25,209 bases of DNA from a virus: the IMG/VR virus record IMGVR_UViG_2922727739_000003, positions 1 to 25,209 of that record. The stretch is one strand, 5' to 3'. Positions 23,154 to 25,209 of the stretch are shown in pieces. The position numbers were made by a program, and so were the translations under genes. Position 1 is the first letter of the stretch; every line of letters begins with the position of its first letter. The notes beneath the pieces are model-generated. The model ran no database searches. It was not told the DNA's origin and saw only the letters and a list, made by a program, of their open reading frames with translations.

Positions 23154-25209
23154 TTATCCAGCACAAGACTCACAGTTTTCTTTTCTATTTACCGAATTTT
23201 TATCTACATATGTATAATACAAAGATTTGCATCCAGAATCCCAAGCGTATGTGTGGATCTTTAACATCTCACTAGCTTTAACTGATTCGTGTACCATAAC
23301 ATTATGAGAAATAGATTGGTCTATTCCTTTTTGAGCCGCAGCCACTATTTTCAGCGACCACAATTCATCCATCTCAAATCCTGATTTATAGTACCACTTA
23401 GTTTTAGCGCTGAAGTTTGCGGGAATAACTGTTACATTCATGCCCTGTTTTTCTTCTTGGAAGATTACTTCATATGGAGCATCTAGAGAAGCAAAGACAT
23501 TATTGATTAGACTGTTAGAACCAGTGGGAGCAATGCAGCTCAAATTACCGTTTCTAATGCCTTGTTGCATAACCATTTGTTTAAGATCCAGCCATTCAGG
23601 GGAATTGTAGTCTCTCTTTTCAAAGTATTCGCCTGTATTCCAGTCAGACCCCTCATACATCTTATACGACCCTTTTTCCACTGCTAGTTTATGACTAGCA
23701 AGAATATGAGCATAGTTTAACTTTTCAAAAATTTCTTTTACATATTCTGAAGCAGCTTCGGATTCCCATCGAATTCCTTTCTCTGCTAAGAGGTTTGCTA
23801 GGCCCATAGCTCCAGCACCCACACTACGATAAATATTGTTAGTATGAGTTGCTTGTTCAACAACTGTGCGATTCAACGAAATTACGTTGTCTAATAGACG
23901 AAATTGAATATCAATTACTTTTTGAAGGTCTACATCATCATTACCGAATACGGCAGGTAATGAAATGGAACTTAAATTACAAGTTACCAGTCCAGAACCT
24001 TTTCGCTTTTCAGTTACTACACCGTCTTCACTTAACTCCTTGCTCACAAATTCATCGTAATCACAGTTTAAAACAATCTCTGAGCAAAGATTAGAAGAAA
24101 TCGGAATACCAACATGATTATTAGGATTCATTCGAGCAGCCGTATCCACATAATACATGTAAGGCGTTCCACCAGTTTTTTGAGCTTCAAAGATTGATTT
24201 GTATATATCAGTCGCTCTAACAACTTTTTTCAATTCCAAGGTGTTATTTTTTTCAATTTCACGATAGTAGTATGTAAATGAATGATCTTTTTCGTTTGGT
24301 GTTTCTCCATCACGAAGCTTTCTCTTGTCGTATAATTTATTTATATCGATCCCAAGTTTATTATTTACCTCGTAAGGATCAAATATCGTCCAATTGTCTC
24401 GCGCGTTTAGTCTACGCATAAATTCATCAGGCACATTTACTGCTGTAAAAATGGAATGCGCTCTTCGCTCCTGTGAACCAGTTTTCATTCTTAAATCTAA
24501 AAAGTCGAAAATGTCAGCATGCCATAATGGTAGGTAAAGTGCTACTCCACCCGGTCTCATATTGAGTTGGTTAACATATGTCGCAATTTCGTTAAATAAT
24601 TTAGCAGGGCCAACTACACCAGTAGACCGACCTTTATATCCACGAATCCAGCTTCCATGAGATCTGAGACGACCAAGATAAATACCCAATCCAGCGCCGT
24701 TTTGACTAAATGTTGAAGCGTCTTTCACTGCATCCATGATACTTTGTAGGCTGTCGTCAATCGTAATAATGTGGCACGAACTTAGTGTACCAGTTACTCT
24801 ACCTGCATTCGCAAGCGTTGGAGTAGCAAGTCCCACTATATGTAGGCTTAAAACATCATACGCTTCTTTAACAAGACTCATTCTCTTCTCTTTGTCTTCG
24901 TCTTTTAATAGATAAAGAGCACATGTTAGATATCTTTCTTGAAACAACTCAAGGGTTTCTTCATTGTATCCTTTTGCCAAATAGTTTTTGTTAAACAGAA
25001 ACAAGCCTGCGTAACTAAATTTTCGATCCCTTTCTCTGTCAATGAATCCACCAGCGCATTCAATCTCATCTTTGCTGTAGCTGTTCAATATATCTTCTGA
25101 GTAAATTCCTTTTTCAGTCAACATTTTAACAAGGGTGTAGTAATCACCGTATCCAAGCTTGTAGTCAAATCCTCGTTCCTTTGAAGCTTCTTTGTATTTT
25201 TTACGTCTG
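23154..25209 (-). CDS. nrdA: Class I ribonucleotide reductase alpha subunit (5' end outside the window)
   Basis: ATPTLAN, SSC, SNLCSEI, TCNLSS, IAPTGS, KSLYY, C-terminal CESC; frame appears open to the window edge. Confidence 0.95.
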   Translation of the reverse strand, partial: RRKKYKEASKERGFDYKLGYGDYYTLVKMLTEKGIYSEDILNSYSKDEIECAGGFIDRERDRKFSYAGLFLFNKNYLAKGYNEETLELFQERYLTCALYLLKDEDKEKRMSLVKEAYDVLSLHIVGLATPTLANAGRVTGTLSSCHIITIDDSLQSIMDAVKDASTFSQNGAGLGIYLGRLRSHGSWIRGYKGRSTGVVGPAKLFNEIATYVNQLNMRPGGVALYLPLWHADIFDFLDLRMKTGSQERRAHSIFTAVNVPDEFMRRLNARDNWTIFDPYEVNNKLGIDINKLYDKRKLRDGETPNEKDHSFTYYYREIEKNNTLELKKVVRATDIYKSIFEAQKTGGTPYMYYVDTAARMNPNNHVGIPISSNLCSEIVLNCDYDEFVSKELSEDGVVTEKRKGSGLVTCNLSSISLPAVFGNDDVDLQKVIDIQFRLLDNVISLNRTVVEQATHTNNIYRSVGAGAMGLANLLAEKGIRWESEAASEYVKEIFEKLNYAHILASHKLAVEKGSYKMYEGSDWNTGEYFEKRDYNSPEWLDLKQMVMQQGIRNGNLSCIAPTGSNSLINNVFASLDAPYEVIFQEEKQGMNVTVIPANFSAKTKWYYKSGFEMDELWSLKIVAAAQKGIDQSISHNVMVHESVKASEMLKIHTYAWDSGCKSLYYTYVDKNSVNRKENCESCAG

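Larger units (their letters stand above)
1808..25209. mobile_element. Large SPbeta-like temperate prophage, one arm (continues beyond the window)
   Basis: Serine integrase at the boundary; DnaE, RecU-like, RNR, ThyX and sigma factor genes; dense co-oriented small ORFs; visibly lower GC than the host flank. Confidence 0.92.

Noticed and set aside
2574-24094. Other + strand and off-frame ORFs inside the integrase, dnaE, parR, phosphatase, thyX, MazG-like and nrd genes
   Set aside because: Shadow ORFs; only 16327-16662 has an RBS, signal peptide and terminator on the + strand
22065-25209. Group I introns or inteins in RNR genes (as in SPbeta nrdE/nrdF) and in dnaE
   Set aside because: Frames are continuous and of normal length, with no intein or homing endonuclease motifs in the visible part

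Overview
Junction between a Bacillales host chromosome (probably Paenibacillus-like, by inference) and a large AT-rich SPbeta-like temperate prophage. The host part (1-~1807) holds hflX and only the 3' third of the sporulation gene spoVK. The prophage has inserted inside spoVK at ~1806-1810 through a large serine recombinase whose reading frame runs across the att junction. The prophage arm is almost all on the - strand. It carries a RecU-like resolvase, a DnaE polymerase, a ParM/ParR/parC-like partition module, a sporulation-type sigma factor, a metallophosphoesterase, many small accessory ORFs, ThyX, a MazG-like pyrophosphohydrolase, a flavodoxin and class I RNR alpha/beta. Highlights: (1) the phage carries its own full-length spoVK behind a sigmaE/K-like promoter, apparently replacing the host gene it breaks, and the two copies share a 44-bp identical tract; (2) an 18-bp dyad, (A/G)TAAAA-N6-TTTTA(C/T) with a variable 6-bp core, recurs at gene boundaries and often overlaps stop codons, like recombinase sites of a gene-cassette system; (3) integration rewrites the integrase C-terminus. 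All calls come from motif recognition by eye; no database searches were run.
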